Part shown: in pieces, positions 6,884 to 15,892 of the stretch
Layout: every line of letters begins with the position of its first letter
Position numbering within the stretch: the stretch's first letter is position 1
Origin: Calditrichia bacterium
GTDB taxonomy: Bacteria; Calditrichota; Calditrichia; RBG-13-44-9
Direction of reading: 5' to 3'
Assembly: GCA_037381445.1 (NCBI GenBank)
Contig: JARRQT010000053.1
Location: 1-26,522, forward strand
DNA length: 26,522 nt
Program-made: the position numbers and the translations under genes
The notes under the pieces: generated by a model
Seen by the model: only the letters and a program-made list of their open reading frames with translations
Told to the model about the DNA's origin: nothing
Database searches by the model: none

Positions 6884-7916
6884 AAGATATTTTTATCCCG
6901 GAAGCATATTTCTGACGACAGTGATTTGCCTCTTCGCGGGTTTTTCCCTGCTCTCCGCCGCACAATCTCTGATTACCGTGAACGCGCAAGTGGATAAATC
7001 ACAGATCACTATCGGCGATCGTATTACCTACAGCCTGACCATACAGCACGATAAGAACCTTCATATTCAGCAGCCGGGACCGGGCGCCAACCTGGGCCAG
7101 TTTGAAATCAAGGATTATGTGATTCATGATCCGGTGGAAGAAAACAACCTGATCACGCAGAAATTTGATTACAGCATTTCCGTTTTCGATACCGGAAAAT
7201 TTGTGATTCCCCCTTTCCCGGTAGCCTTTGCCGCTTCTGATACCTCCTCGAAGTATCAGATTATACAGTCCGAACCGATAGAAATTTACGTAAAAAGCGT
7301 ATTGACTTCCGATGATGCGGAAATCCATGATATCAAAGCGCCCCAGGCCATTCCCTTCAATTACCGCAGGTGGATTCTGAACGGGCTGGCGGCTCTGCTC
7401 ATTCTGGGCATCGGGGCGGCGGCGATTTATGTCATCCGGCGAAGGAAAAAGGGAGTGCCCCTGATCCGCCGGGAGGTGATCCGTCCGGCTCACGAAATTG
7501 CGCTGGAAGCATTGGCCGCGTTGCAGCCGCGCTGGCGGGAGATGCTGGAGAATGGGGAACAGAAGCTGTTATTCACGGAGATATCGGATATTCTGCGCCG
7601 CTATCTGGAAAACAGGTATTTCGTCAAGGCGCTGGAGGAGACCACCATCGAGATTGGCGAATCGCTGGAGGAAGCGGCCATCGGGCCGGAATACCGGAAC
7701 AGCGCCCTGGAGGTGCTGGAATTCGCCGATATGGTAAAATTTGCCAAATATCTTCCCCGGCCGGAGGAAGTGGAAAATAATTTGAATCTGCTGGAAACTT
7801 TCATTGACCAGACCAAACTGGTATTTGAAGCGGTGGAAAATGAGGTCTCGGTAAAAGATGCAGAAGATACGGAGACAGCGGCGGCGATCCGGGCAGGAGA
7901 CGGGTCCGGCCTGTAA
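6864..7916 (+). CDS. BatD-like single-pass membrane protein (Bat operon accessory protein, paralog 2)
   Basis: Signal peptide, VDKSQITIGDRITYSLTI beta domain, IHDIKAP, TM followed by RRRKK, PAHEIALEAL, ISDILRRYLE.RY...ALEETT.EI, ADMVKFAKY. ATG start chosen at 6864, overlapping the upstream stop. Confidence 0.8.
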   Translation: MKPSLNKRYFYPGSIFLTTVICLFAGFSLLSAAQSLITVNAQVDKSQITIGDRITYSLTIQHDKNLHIQQPGPGANLGQFEIKDYVIHDPVEENNLITQKFDYSISVFDTGKFVIPPFPVAFAASDTSSKYQIIQSEPIEIYVKSVLTSDDAEIHDIKAPQAIPFNYRRWILNGLAALLILGIGAAAIYVIRRRKKGVPLIRREVIRPAHEIALEALAALQPRWREMLENGEQKLLFTEISDILRRYLENRYFVKALEETTIEIGESLEEAAIGPEYRNSALEVLEFADMVKFAKYLPRPEEVENNLNLLETFIDQTKLVFEAVENEVSVKDAEDTETAAAIRAGDGSGL

Positions 7917-8007
7917 TGATTCCGTCGAAAGTAATTTTGTTCATAAGCATATATAATAGATAGTCAACTGGAAAAATGAAAAATCAACAAGCAACGGAGG
8001 TGTAAAA

Positions 8008-8943
8008 GTGATTGAGGTGAAAGGCCTGACACGTTATTACGGTGAAAAACGGGCAATTCATGACGTTTCCTTCGATGTCCGCAAAGGGGAAGTCCTGGGG
8101 CTTCTGGGGCCGAATGCCGCCGGAAAGACCACTACCATGAAGATTCTGACCTGCTACATGCCCCCGACCTCGGGCGATGCGAAAGTTGCCGGGTATGATA
8201 TCTGGGAACAGTCGATGGAAATTAAGAAACGAATCGGGTATCTTCCCGAAAACCCTCCACTTTACAGTGATTTACGGGTTGTGGAATATCTTGATTTTGT
8301 CAGCAAAATCAAGGGCATTCCTTCCGATAAAAAGAAAACCGCCATCTCAGGTTCCATAGAAAAAGCCGGATTGCAGGCGGTGCAGCATCAGGTTATCAAC
8401 AGTCTGTCCAAAGGTTTCCGTCAGCGCGTCGGGCTGGCACAGGCCCTGCTCAACGACCCGGATGTGCTGATTCTGGATGAACCCACGGTGGGGCTGGACC
8501 CCCGGCAGATTATTGAAATCCGCGAGCTCATCAAAAAACTGGGCGGAGACCATACCATTATCCTTTCCACCCACATTCTGCCGGAGGTGGAAATGACCTG
8601 CGGACGGGTGGTAATTATCAACCAGGGAGAGGTCGTGGCGCAGGATACGCCGGTCAATCTGACCCGCAGGCTGAAGGGAAATGAAAAAACAGTGGTGGAA
8701 CTGGAAGGAGATGAGCAGACCGCCCGCTCCGTGTTCAGCAATTTCAGCGAAGTTATTTCCGCGGAAAAGAAGAGCACAGACAACAGCCGTCTACACTTCA
8801 CCCTGGAAACCAGCACCGACATCCGCCGGGATCTGGCGAAAGCACTGATTGACAATGGACTGGGATTGTATGAACTCCGGACGGAAGCCTACTCGCTGGA
8901 AGAAATCTTCCTGCACCTGACTACAAAAGAGGAGGTAGCCTGA
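8008..8943 (+). CDS. ABC transporter ATP-binding protein, GldA-like (ABC-2 type)
   Basis: GTG start with GGAGG RBS; Walker A GPNAAGKTT, signature LSKGFRQRVGLAQA, Walker B LILDEPT, H-loop STHIL, C-terminal SLEEIFL. Confidence 0.93.
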   Translation: MIEVKGLTRYYGEKRAIHDVSFDVRKGEVLGLLGPNAAGKTTTMKILTCYMPPTSGDAKVAGYDIWEQSMEIKKRIGYLPENPPLYSDLRVVEYLDFVSKIKGIPSDKKKTAISGSIEKAGLQAVQHQVINSLSKGFRQRVGLAQALLNDPDVLILDEPTVGLDPRQIIEIRELIKKLGGDHTIILSTHILPEVEMTCGRVVIINQGEVVAQDTPVNLTRRLKGNEKTVVELEGDEQTARSVFSNFSEVISAEKKSTDNSRLHFTLETSTDIRRDLAKALIDNGLGLYELRTEAYSLEEIFLHLTTKEEVA

Positions 8944-8945
8944 AA

Positions 8946-9728
8946 ATGAAAAAAACATATGCTGTATTTCAAAAAGAATTAAAACACTTTTTCTATTCAC
9001 CGATTGCGTACATCGTCATCGCCGCTTTCACCATCATTGCCGGTATTTTCTTTTATCTGTACCTGAGCAGTTTTGTGGAAGCCGCTTTCATGGCGATGGT
9101 CCGCTCCCAGCAGTACCGGGCGCCGATGCAGAAATTCAACATCAATCTGCAGCTGATCCGCCCCTATTTCTGGAACCTGGCCCTCATTTCCCTGTTCGTG
9201 CTGCCGCTGGTGACCATGCGGCTCTACTCGGAAGAGAAGCGTTCCGGAACGATTGAACTGCTTTATACATCGCCCTTATCGGTGAATAATATTGTTCTGG
9301 GCAAATTTTTTGCCGGTGTGGTCTTCTATTTCGTGATGCTGCTTCCGACCATGGTGTTCATGTCCCTGCTGTTTATTTACGGTAATCCGGAGTTCGGGCC
9401 GGTGCTCTCCGGTTATATCGGACTGCTGCTTTTGGGCAGCGCCTTCATTGCCGGCGGGCTGTTTATATCTTCGCTGACCGAAAACCAGATTATCGCCGCC
9501 ATTGGCGGGTTCGGCCTATCGCTGCTGCTGTGGGTGATCGGCTGGGCCGCAAACTACGCGGGTCAAAATCTTGCCGATATCCTTAATTATTTATCGATAA
9601 TCAATCACTTTGAGGATTTCGCCCAGGGTGTGATCGATTCGAAAAATGTGATCTACTATCTGTTGTTCAGCGTGTTCGGAATTTATCTCACGCAGAAATC
9701 TTTAGAATCATTTAAATGGAGAGCCTGA
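8946..9728 (+). CDS. ABC-2 permease, GldF-like
   Basis: KELKHFFYSPIAY, TMRLYSEEKRSGTIELLYTSP, IVLGKF, SSLTENQIIA, HFEDFAQGVID; about 6 TM segments. Confidence 0.92.
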   Translation: MKKTYAVFQKELKHFFYSPIAYIVIAAFTIIAGIFFYLYLSSFVEAAFMAMVRSQQYRAPMQKFNINLQLIRPYFWNLALISLFVLPLVTMRLYSEEKRSGTIELLYTSPLSVNNIVLGKFFAGVVFYFVMLLPTMVFMSLLFIYGNPEFGPVLSGYIGLLLLGSAFIAGGLFISSLTENQIIAAIGGFGLSLLLWVIGWAANYAGQNLADILNYLSIINHFEDFAQGVIDSKNVIYYLLFSVFGIYLTQKSLESFKWRA

Positions 9729-9799
9729 TTTATTCCATCGGGGCTCTTGAGAGTTTTTGAATCGTGATAAAAGTGAAAAAACAGGAGGTCAAAAGATAA

Positions 9800-11311
9800 A
9801 TGAAACGCTATGCAAACATTGCATTGATTGTGGGAATCCTGATGTTCGCCTACAGTTTTGTGAACTTTTCGCTGAACCAGATCTGGGATTGGATCTCCAC
9901 CATCTCCCTGATTTTAGGCCTGATTCTGGGCGGCGTGGGCGCTTATTACCGCATCCAGCTTCGCCAGAAGAAACTGAACAGAAGATCGCTGCAATACGGG
10001 GCGAACACGGTTGTGTCCGCGGTGCTGGTTTTGGGAATTGTGGTATTTCTGGCATTCATCAGCAACCGTCACAGTGCCCGCGCGGACATGACCGCAAAGG
10101 GACTGTTCAGCCTGGCCGAACAGACCAAGTCGGTCCTCAACGACATGAAAAAAGATGTCAAAATTTACGCTTTTTATAAACAATCGGATGAAACCATGGC
10201 CAAGGATTTGCTGGAGGAGTATTCCTATCGTTCCAAATTCGTGAAATATGAATTCGTGGACCCCAACCAGCAGCCCCAGATTGCCCGTCAGTATGATGTA
10301 AAACAGTATAATACCGTGGTTGTTACCTGCGGCAATAAAAAGGAAACACTCACCGAACTGAACGAGAGCAATCTGACGAATGCCCTGATCAAAGTAACCC
10401 GGGAGCTGGATAAAACCATCTATTTTACGGTCGGGCACGGAGAGCGGCAGATTGAAGATGAGGGTGCACAGGGTTATAAAACTGCGGCGGACGGCATCAA
10501 AAAGGAAAATTATGCCGTGAAGACCATCAATTTGGCGCAGGAAAAATCCATTCCCCAAGACTGCTCAGTGCTGGTGATCGCCGGACCAAAATCCGATTTC
10601 TTCCCCTTTGAACTGGATTCGATCAAAAGTTATGTGAACAGTGGCGGAAAATTGTTCGTGATGGTCGATCCCCAGAACTGGAAGCCGGGACTGGCGGCAT
10701 TTCTGAAAGAATATAAGGTTGAGATCGGCGACAATATCATTGTCGATGCCAGCGGCGTGGGACAGTTATTCGGAATGGGTCCGGAAGTTCCCCTGGTCAG
10801 CAAATATGAGGATTCCGATGTCTTCAAAGATTTCAGCGTCATGACCTTTTACCCGCTGGCATGCTCGGTACAGGCCGGGACGGAAGGCGGCAGCGGTTTC
10901 ACCACAAGGGTGCTTTTCCGCAGCAGTCCCAGCAGTTGGGCAGAAGCCGACTACATGAACAAGAATGTGGAATATAATTCGGACCGGGACGTGAAGGGTC
11001 CGGTTTCCATGGCGGTGGTAGCTTCGAAAACGTTGGACAATAAAAAGAAAGCAGCCATCATGGTCATCGGCGATTCCGATTTCGCGAATAACTCCTATAT
11101 CCGCAATTCCGGGAATTACGATGTTTTCCTGAATGAAGTCAACTGGATGGCGGAAGAGCAGGATATGATTACCATCCGGCCCAAGGAGTTTGACGATCAG
11201 AGAGTCACCCTTACCGCCAAACAGAGCAAAATTGTGCTCTATCTCAGCGTGATTGCACTGCCGCTGATCGTAATTATTGCCGGTGTTTCCATCTATTACA
11301 AGAGACGGTAA
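9800..11311 (+). CDS. GldG-like ABC auxiliary component (GldG/IFT52-type periplasmic domain)
   Basis: N-terminal TMs, DMT...FSL...T, YEFVDP, IYFTVGHGE, IP.DCSVLVIAGP, VIGDSDF, N.DVFLN.VNWM, C-terminal TM followed by KRR. Confidence 0.9.
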   Translation: MKRYANIALIVGILMFAYSFVNFSLNQIWDWISTISLILGLILGGVGAYYRIQLRQKKLNRRSLQYGANTVVSAVLVLGIVVFLAFISNRHSARADMTAKGLFSLAEQTKSVLNDMKKDVKIYAFYKQSDETMAKDLLEEYSYRSKFVKYEFVDPNQQPQIARQYDVKQYNTVVVTCGNKKETLTELNESNLTNALIKVTRELDKTIYFTVGHGERQIEDEGAQGYKTAADGIKKENYAVKTINLAQEKSIPQDCSVLVIAGPKSDFFPFELDSIKSYVNSGGKLFVMVDPQNWKPGLAAFLKEYKVEIGDNIIVDASGVGQLFGMGPEVPLVSKYEDSDVFKDFSVMTFYPLACSVQAGTEGGSGFTTRVLFRSSPSSWAEADYMNKNVEYNSDRDVKGPVSMAVVASKTLDNKKKAAIMVIGDSDFANNSYIRNSGNYDVFLNEVNWMAEEQDMITIRPKEFDDQRVTLTAKQSKIVLYLSVIALPLIVIIAGVSIYYKRR

Positions 11312-11326
11312 GCAAAATGTGAATGT

Positions 11327-11361
11327 GCGGAGAATTGCAGCCTTCCGGGCTGCATCTCCGC
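11327..11361 (+). other. Strong intergenic stem-loop (mRNA stability or processing element?)
   Basis: GCGGAGA-at-TGCAGCC / loop TTCCG / GGCTGCA-TCTCCGC: 14-bp GC-rich stem with a 2-nt bulge and no U-tract. Confidence 0.55.
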
Positions 11362-11447
11362 TGTTACGGATTCATTAAAGGTGAATCCTGCATAATAACA
11401 TTTGAGAGAATACGGTTATCCAATTGCTTCTTAATTGGAGGAGAAAA

Positions 11448-12815
11448 ATGAAATTTAAAAACACTTTGATCCTGTTCCTCGTTCTGGTCGTGCTGGGCGG
11501 ATATGTATATGTGGTGGAAGTAAAACAGCATGAAAAGAAAGAGAAAATAGAGCAGCAGGCGAAGGATATTTTCAGTTTTAAAAAAGACAGCGTCGAAGTC
11601 ATCGATATCCGGAATTCCAACGGAAATTTTGTGATTAAAAAGGTGCAGGATGAATGGCAGATTGTTCAGCCTCTCCAAACCGATGCGGATGAGTCCACCA
11701 TTAATTCCATGCTGGGCAGCTTGGAAAATGCCAAAAAAGATAAGGAGTTCAACATCAAGCCATCCCAGTACGCGGAATTTGGTTTGGGAAGCGGGGCGGT
11801 GAATGTGCTGCTCACGCTTCGGAACGGCGAGCAGGATTCCATTCGCTTCGGCGATAAAACGCCGGTCGGTGCTTATGTTTTTTGCGACAAGATCGATACC
11901 ACGGTTTTTACCGCTAATGAAAGCATGAAGAATTCGTTCACCAAAAATCTTTTTGAGCTGCGCAACAAAAACATGCTCCGCTTCAAACGGGCGGATGTCA
12001 AAAGTATCGTGCTGCATTCTCCGCACGGAAAACTGCAGTTCGATAAAAGCGGGGTGAGTGACTGGAACATAAACAATATCGACCGGCCGGCGGATAACGG
12101 CAAGGTGAGTTCCGTTCTGTCCAAACTGGAAAATAACCGGGTCAAGACTTTTGTCGATGAAGACGGTACCAATCTGAGAAAATACGGACTCAACAGGCCT
12201 GCTTACCAGGTCGATTTGGTGCTGGGTCCCGAGCAGGGACAGAAAAAGCTCTTGATCGGGAAGAAGCACGGCGCCAATTATTACGCCAAAGATGAAGCAC
12301 GCAAACCGGTATTTGAGATCGATTCTTCCCTGGTGGGCGAGCTCCGCAAGAACGTCAGCAGTTTCAGAAATACCGATTTTGCCAAATTCGACCGGAATTC
12401 CGTGAATCATATCGTGGTCCAGTACGCGGATACCCTCATATCCTGTGTGAAGGACAGCAGCGGCAACTGGGCGCTGGATGACACCTCAGCCGCGACGGTA
12501 AAGAAAGCAAGTATCACCAATTTCTTCTCAAATCTGGATTTTACAAAAATTCTCGATTTTGTGAGAGACGGGCAGTATAAACCCGCGGCCTATGGTTTTG
12601 ATAAACCGGCGCTGAAGGTCTCGCTTTACAAAGATCATGACCTGATGTTTGAGGCCACCTTCGGCAAACAAAAGGGCAGTGACGTGTACGCCGCGAATAA
12701 TATGTATAAATCCGTCTATACTGTGGCTTCCACCAAACTGAAAAACCTCAAGCTGAAGCTGGATGATCTGGTGGAAAAAGCGCCTGAAGGCAAAACCGAT
12801 GCGGCCGGCTCATAA
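11448..12815 (+). CDS. DUF4340 domain protein (three repeated modules), usual partner of GldA/F/G-type ABC systems
   Basis: N-terminal membrane anchor; three repeats of W....AD/V...I..L..L...YG/FGL..P....L....GK....YA/YV; ATG at 11448 behind GGAGGAG. Confidence 0.85.
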   Translation: MKFKNTLILFLVLVVLGGYVYVVEVKQHEKKEKIEQQAKDIFSFKKDSVEVIDIRNSNGNFVIKKVQDEWQIVQPLQTDADESTINSMLGSLENAKKDKEFNIKPSQYAEFGLGSGAVNVLLTLRNGEQDSIRFGDKTPVGAYVFCDKIDTTVFTANESMKNSFTKNLFELRNKNMLRFKRADVKSIVLHSPHGKLQFDKSGVSDWNINNIDRPADNGKVSSVLSKLENNRVKTFVDEDGTNLRKYGLNRPAYQVDLVLGPEQGQKKLLIGKKHGANYYAKDEARKPVFEIDSSLVGELRKNVSSFRNTDFAKFDRNSVNHIVVQYADTLISCVKDSSGNWALDDTSAATVKKASITNFFSNLDFTKILDFVRDGQYKPAAYGFDKPALKVSLYKDHDLMFEATFGKQKGSDVYAANNMYKSVYTVASTKLKNLKLKLDDLVEKAPEGKTDAAGS

Positions 12816-12890
12816 TGGGCCGGATCCGGAAATGGCGGGAATGCGGAATTCCGTTTCATTTTGATGAAAATTTTGCAGTTTGAATAAAAT

Positions 12891-12948
12891 CCCCGTACGG
12901 GGCAGCTTGAGGGGACAGGGCAACTTGAGTGCCGGTTCGTCCCCTCAA
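12891..12948 (+). repeat. Palindrome/hairpin cluster upstream of batA
   Basis: Perfect palindrome CCCCGTACGGGG (12891-12902); 10-bp stem TTGAGGGGAC (12907-12916)/GTCCCCTCAA (12939-12948); direct repeat GGGCA(G/A)CTTGAG twice. Confidence 0.6.
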
Positions 12949-12977
12949 CGAAGAGGAACAAAGGAGGAAGTGTAAGC

Positions 12978-13973
12978 TTGTTTAGATTTGCGAATCCGGA
13001 ATATTTGGTGTTGCTGATCTTTGTCCCTTTGATTGCTTATTATTACTGGCGAAAAGGGCACCGGCTCTCCGGTCAGGTCAAATTTTCGACCCTGAAATAT
13101 ATGCGGAATATTCCGGTTTCCTGGCGCCAGCGTCTGCGCAAGAATCTCTACATTTTGCGCCTGCTTGTCATCACGCTTATCATACTGGGTTTGGCGCGGC
13201 CGCAATCCGGCACCCGCAAGCAGGAAATCACCACCGAGGGAATTGACATCATGATGGCGCTGGATGTGAGTTCCTCCATGCTGGCGGAAGATTTCAAACC
13301 AAAGAACCGCATTGAAGCGGCCAAGAAAGTTGCCGATGAATTCATCAAAGGCCGCAATAACGACCGCATTGGGCTGGTGATTTTCGCAGGCGAAGCATTC
13401 ACGCAATGCCCCCTCACGCTGGATTACGGCGTGCTGATGGATTTGCTGAACAAGGTGCAGGTTGCGCCCCGGGACTGGGACGGCACCGCTATCGGAAACG
13501 GTCTGGCCACCGCGGTAACCCGCTTGAAGGACAGCAAGGCGAAAAGCAAAGTGATCATCCTGCTGACCGACGGCCGGAATAACGCCGGTGAAATCGATCC
13601 GCTGACCGCGGCGCAGATTGCCCAGACGTTTAACATCCGTATTTACACCATCGGGGCCGGCACCAGGGGCTCCGCTTTATACCCGGTGGACGATCCCATT
13701 TTCGGCCGCCGTTATGTGAACATGCCGGTGGAAATCGATGAGAACCTGCTTCAGCGGGTGGCTGCACAGACCGGCGGCAAATATTTCCGCGCCACCGATA
13801 CCGAGAAGCTGCGCCAGATTTATCAGGAAATAAACGAGATGGAAAAAACGAAAATCCAGGTCAAGGAATTTACCAAATACAAAGAATTGTATGTAAATTA
13901 CGCCGGCGCCGGTTTGCTGCTTCTGCTGCTTGAACTGCTGCTGGCCAATACCTGGCTGCGCAAACTGCCGTAA
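12978..13973 (+). CDS. batA: BatA, VWA domain membrane protein
   Basis: TTG start after AAGGAGG; FANPEYL N-terminal TM, LARPQ, MIDAS DVSSSM, DRIGLVIFAG, GTAIGNGL, ILLTDGRNNAG, TGGKYFRA, C-terminal TM. Confidence 0.93.
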   Translation: MFRFANPEYLVLLIFVPLIAYYYWRKGHRLSGQVKFSTLKYMRNIPVSWRQRLRKNLYILRLLVITLIILGLARPQSGTRKQEITTEGIDIMMALDVSSSMLAEDFKPKNRIEAAKKVADEFIKGRNNDRIGLVIFAGEAFTQCPLTLDYGVLMDLLNKVQVAPRDWDGTAIGNGLATAVTRLKDSKAKSKVIILLTDGRNNAGEIDPLTAAQIAQTFNIRIYTIGAGTRGSALYPVDDPIFGRRYVNMPVEIDENLLQRVAAQTGGKYFRATDTEKLRQIYQEINEMEKTKIQVKEFTKYKELYVNYAGAGLLLLLLELLLANTWLRKLP

Positions 13974-14030
13974 CGGACGGATTGCTCAGGAATTTATGAG
14001 AATCGAAAAAGTATCTCAGGAGAACAGAGG

Positions 14031-15074
14031 TTGTTAAAATTCGCTTATCCATATTTCTTTTATTTATACTGGCTGATTCCTGTCATCATCGGATTTTTTA
14101 TCTGGAGTTTCAGGAGGAAGCGGAAACTGTTGAACAGGATCGGGGATGAGGAACTCGTTAAACAGTTGACCCGCTCCGTCAGCCGGGAAAAACAGATCTG
14201 GAAAGTGATCCTGACCGTATTTGTGTTTGTGGTATTGATTTTTGCACTGGCCGACCCGCAGATCGGGACCAAGCTGGAGCAGGTGAAGCGCAAGGGAGTG
14301 GATATATTTGTCGCGATGGACGTTTCCAAGAGCATGCTGGCGGAAGATGTCGCTCCCAACCGGCTGGACAAGGCCAAACACGAAGTATCCGCTTTTATTG
14401 ACCGCCTGGAGGGAGACCGCATTGGTCTCATCTGTTTCTCCGGAATTTCCTTTGTGCAGTGTCCCCTTACGCTGGATTACAGCGCGGCAAAGCTTTTCCT
14501 GAGCGATATTGATACGGATATCATTCCCCAGCCGGGAACGGCGATCGGCAGCGCGATTACCACCGCCGCGAAATCCTTTGTGACCAATGAAATGAAACAC
14601 AAGGTGCTTATTCTTATCACGGACGGGGAAGATCATGAAGGCGATCCGGTGGAGGCCGCCAAGGAAGCTGCCAAAGAAGGCGTCATCGTTTATACTATTG
14701 GAATCGGCTCGCCGCAGGGGGCCCCGATTCCCGAATATGACGCCAACGGCAACCGGATCGGCTATAAAAAAGACAGCGACGGGAAAATAATTACCACCAA
14801 GCTGGATGTGGTGGGTCTGGAGAAGATTGCATTCGAAACGGGCGGAAAATATTACATTTCAAGCGCCGGAGAATCGGAGCTGAATAAAATTTATGATGAA
14901 ATTTCGGGGATGGAGAAAAAGGAATTGTCCGCCCGGCAGTTCACCCAGTTTGAAGACCGCTTTCAAATATTTTTATTGATTGCATTGGCTGTTTTGATCA
15001 TCGAAACTTTATTGAGCGAAAGACGAAGAATAAAACGATTGAAATCGAAGGTATTGGCGAATGATCAGGTTTAA
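14031..15074 (+). CDS. batB: BatB, VWA domain membrane protein
   Basis: TTG start after AGGAG; ALADPQIG, DVSKSMLAEDVAPNRL, DRIGLICF, PLTLDY, LITDGEDHEG, GIGSPQGAPIP, EDRFQIFL. Confidence 0.92.
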   Translation: MLKFAYPYFFYLYWLIPVIIGFFIWSFRRKRKLLNRIGDEELVKQLTRSVSREKQIWKVILTVFVFVVLIFALADPQIGTKLEQVKRKGVDIFVAMDVSKSMLAEDVAPNRLDKAKHEVSAFIDRLEGDRIGLICFSGISFVQCPLTLDYSAAKLFLSDIDTDIIPQPGTAIGSAITTAAKSFVTNEMKHKVLILITDGEDHEGDPVEAAKEAAKEGVIVYTIGIGSPQGAPIPEYDANGNRIGYKKDSDGKIITTKLDVVGLEKIAFETGGKYYISSAGESELNKIYDEISGMEKKELSARQFTQFEDRFQIFLLIALAVLIIETLLSERRRIKRLKSKVLANDQV

Positions 15075-15891
15075 ATTTCTCATTCTGGTGCTGCCCCTGC
15101 TTCTGGCCGGCGTAATTGCCCGAAACGGTTTGGCCGATGTCAGTCGTTCCAAGGTGAATAAAGGCATTCAGGCATACCAGGACGGCAAATATGATCAGGC
15201 GCTGCAGCATTTTCAGGATGCCCTCCTGGATGCCCCGGAAGCGCCGGTGGCCAATTACAATGTGGCGGAGGCCCTCTACAAGAATAAGAAATATGAAGAG
15301 GCACAGAAGTCCTACGAAAAAGTCCTCAGCGCGGAGAATCCGGTGCTGAAGCAGAAGGCCTATTACAATCTGGGGAATACTTACTATCAGATGAACAAAT
15401 ACCAGGAATCGATCCAGAATTACACCAAGGCGCTGGAGCTGAATCCAAACGATCAGGATGCGAAACATAATCTGGAACTGGTTCGTGCCAAACTGAAGGA
15501 AAATGCCAAGAAACAGCCCCAGCAAAACCAGAATCAGCAGCAGCAGCAACAACAGCAGCAGCAGAATCAGCAGCAAAACCAGCAGAATTCTCAGAACCAG
15601 GATCAGAAAAATGCTGAGCAGCAGCAGAATCAACAACAGCAGCAGCAAAAGCAGAACGAGGGAAAGAACCAGGAAAAAGATCAGCAGAAAATGGGACAGC
15701 AGGATAAGGACAAGCGGAAGGAAAACCAGGATCAGCAGCAGCAGATAAAGCAGTCGGAAAAAAAGAAAGAACTTTCCAAAGAGGAGGCCGAGAGGATTTT
15801 GCAGGCCCTGAAAAGCAAGGAGAAAGACAATCAGAAATTCCGGAGAATGAAACAGCCTGCCAGGCGGCCCAGAGTTGAGAAGGATTGGTAG
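15061..15891 (+). CDS. batC: BatC, TPR protein with Gln-rich linker
   Basis: Signal peptide, TPRs (AYYNLGNTYY, YTKALELNPNDQDAKHNLE), Q/N-rich low-complexity region, LSKEEAERILQAL, terminal EKDW. Confidence 0.92.
   Translation: MIRFKFLILVLPLLLAGVIARNGLADVSRSKVNKGIQAYQDGKYDQALQHFQDALLDAPEAPVANYNVAEALYKNKKYEEAQKSYEKVLSAENPVLKQKAYYNLGNTYYQMNKYQESIQNYTKALELNPNDQDAKHNLELVRAKLKENAKKQPQQNQNQQQQQQQQQQNQQQNQQNSQNQDQKNAEQQQNQQQQQQKQNEGKNQEKDQQKMGQQDKDKRKENQDQQQQIKQSEKKKELSKEEAERILQALKSKEKDNQKFRRMKQPARRPRVEKDW
15514..15744 (+). repeat. CAG/CAA-rich coding low-complexity tract (poly-Gln) within batC
   Basis: Runs of CAG/CAA/AAC/AAT codons encoding QPQQNQNQQQQQQQQQQNQQQNQQ...QQQQ. Confidence 0.85.
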
Positions 15892-15892
15892 A

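Noticed and set aside
8008..11311. Calling the ABC module true gliding-motility genes (gldA/F/G)
   Set aside because: These families are widespread in non-gliding bacteria and no gldK-N/spr genes are present, so no gene symbols were assigned.
11364..12410. 348-aa antisense ORF, and other nested or antisense ORFs in the track
   Set aside because: They overlap confidently assigned genes and have no motif support.
15514..15744. CAG tract as a CRISPR array or phase-variable repeat
   Set aside because: Impure in-frame codon repeats encoding the usual Gln-rich BatC linker; no repeat-spacer structure.
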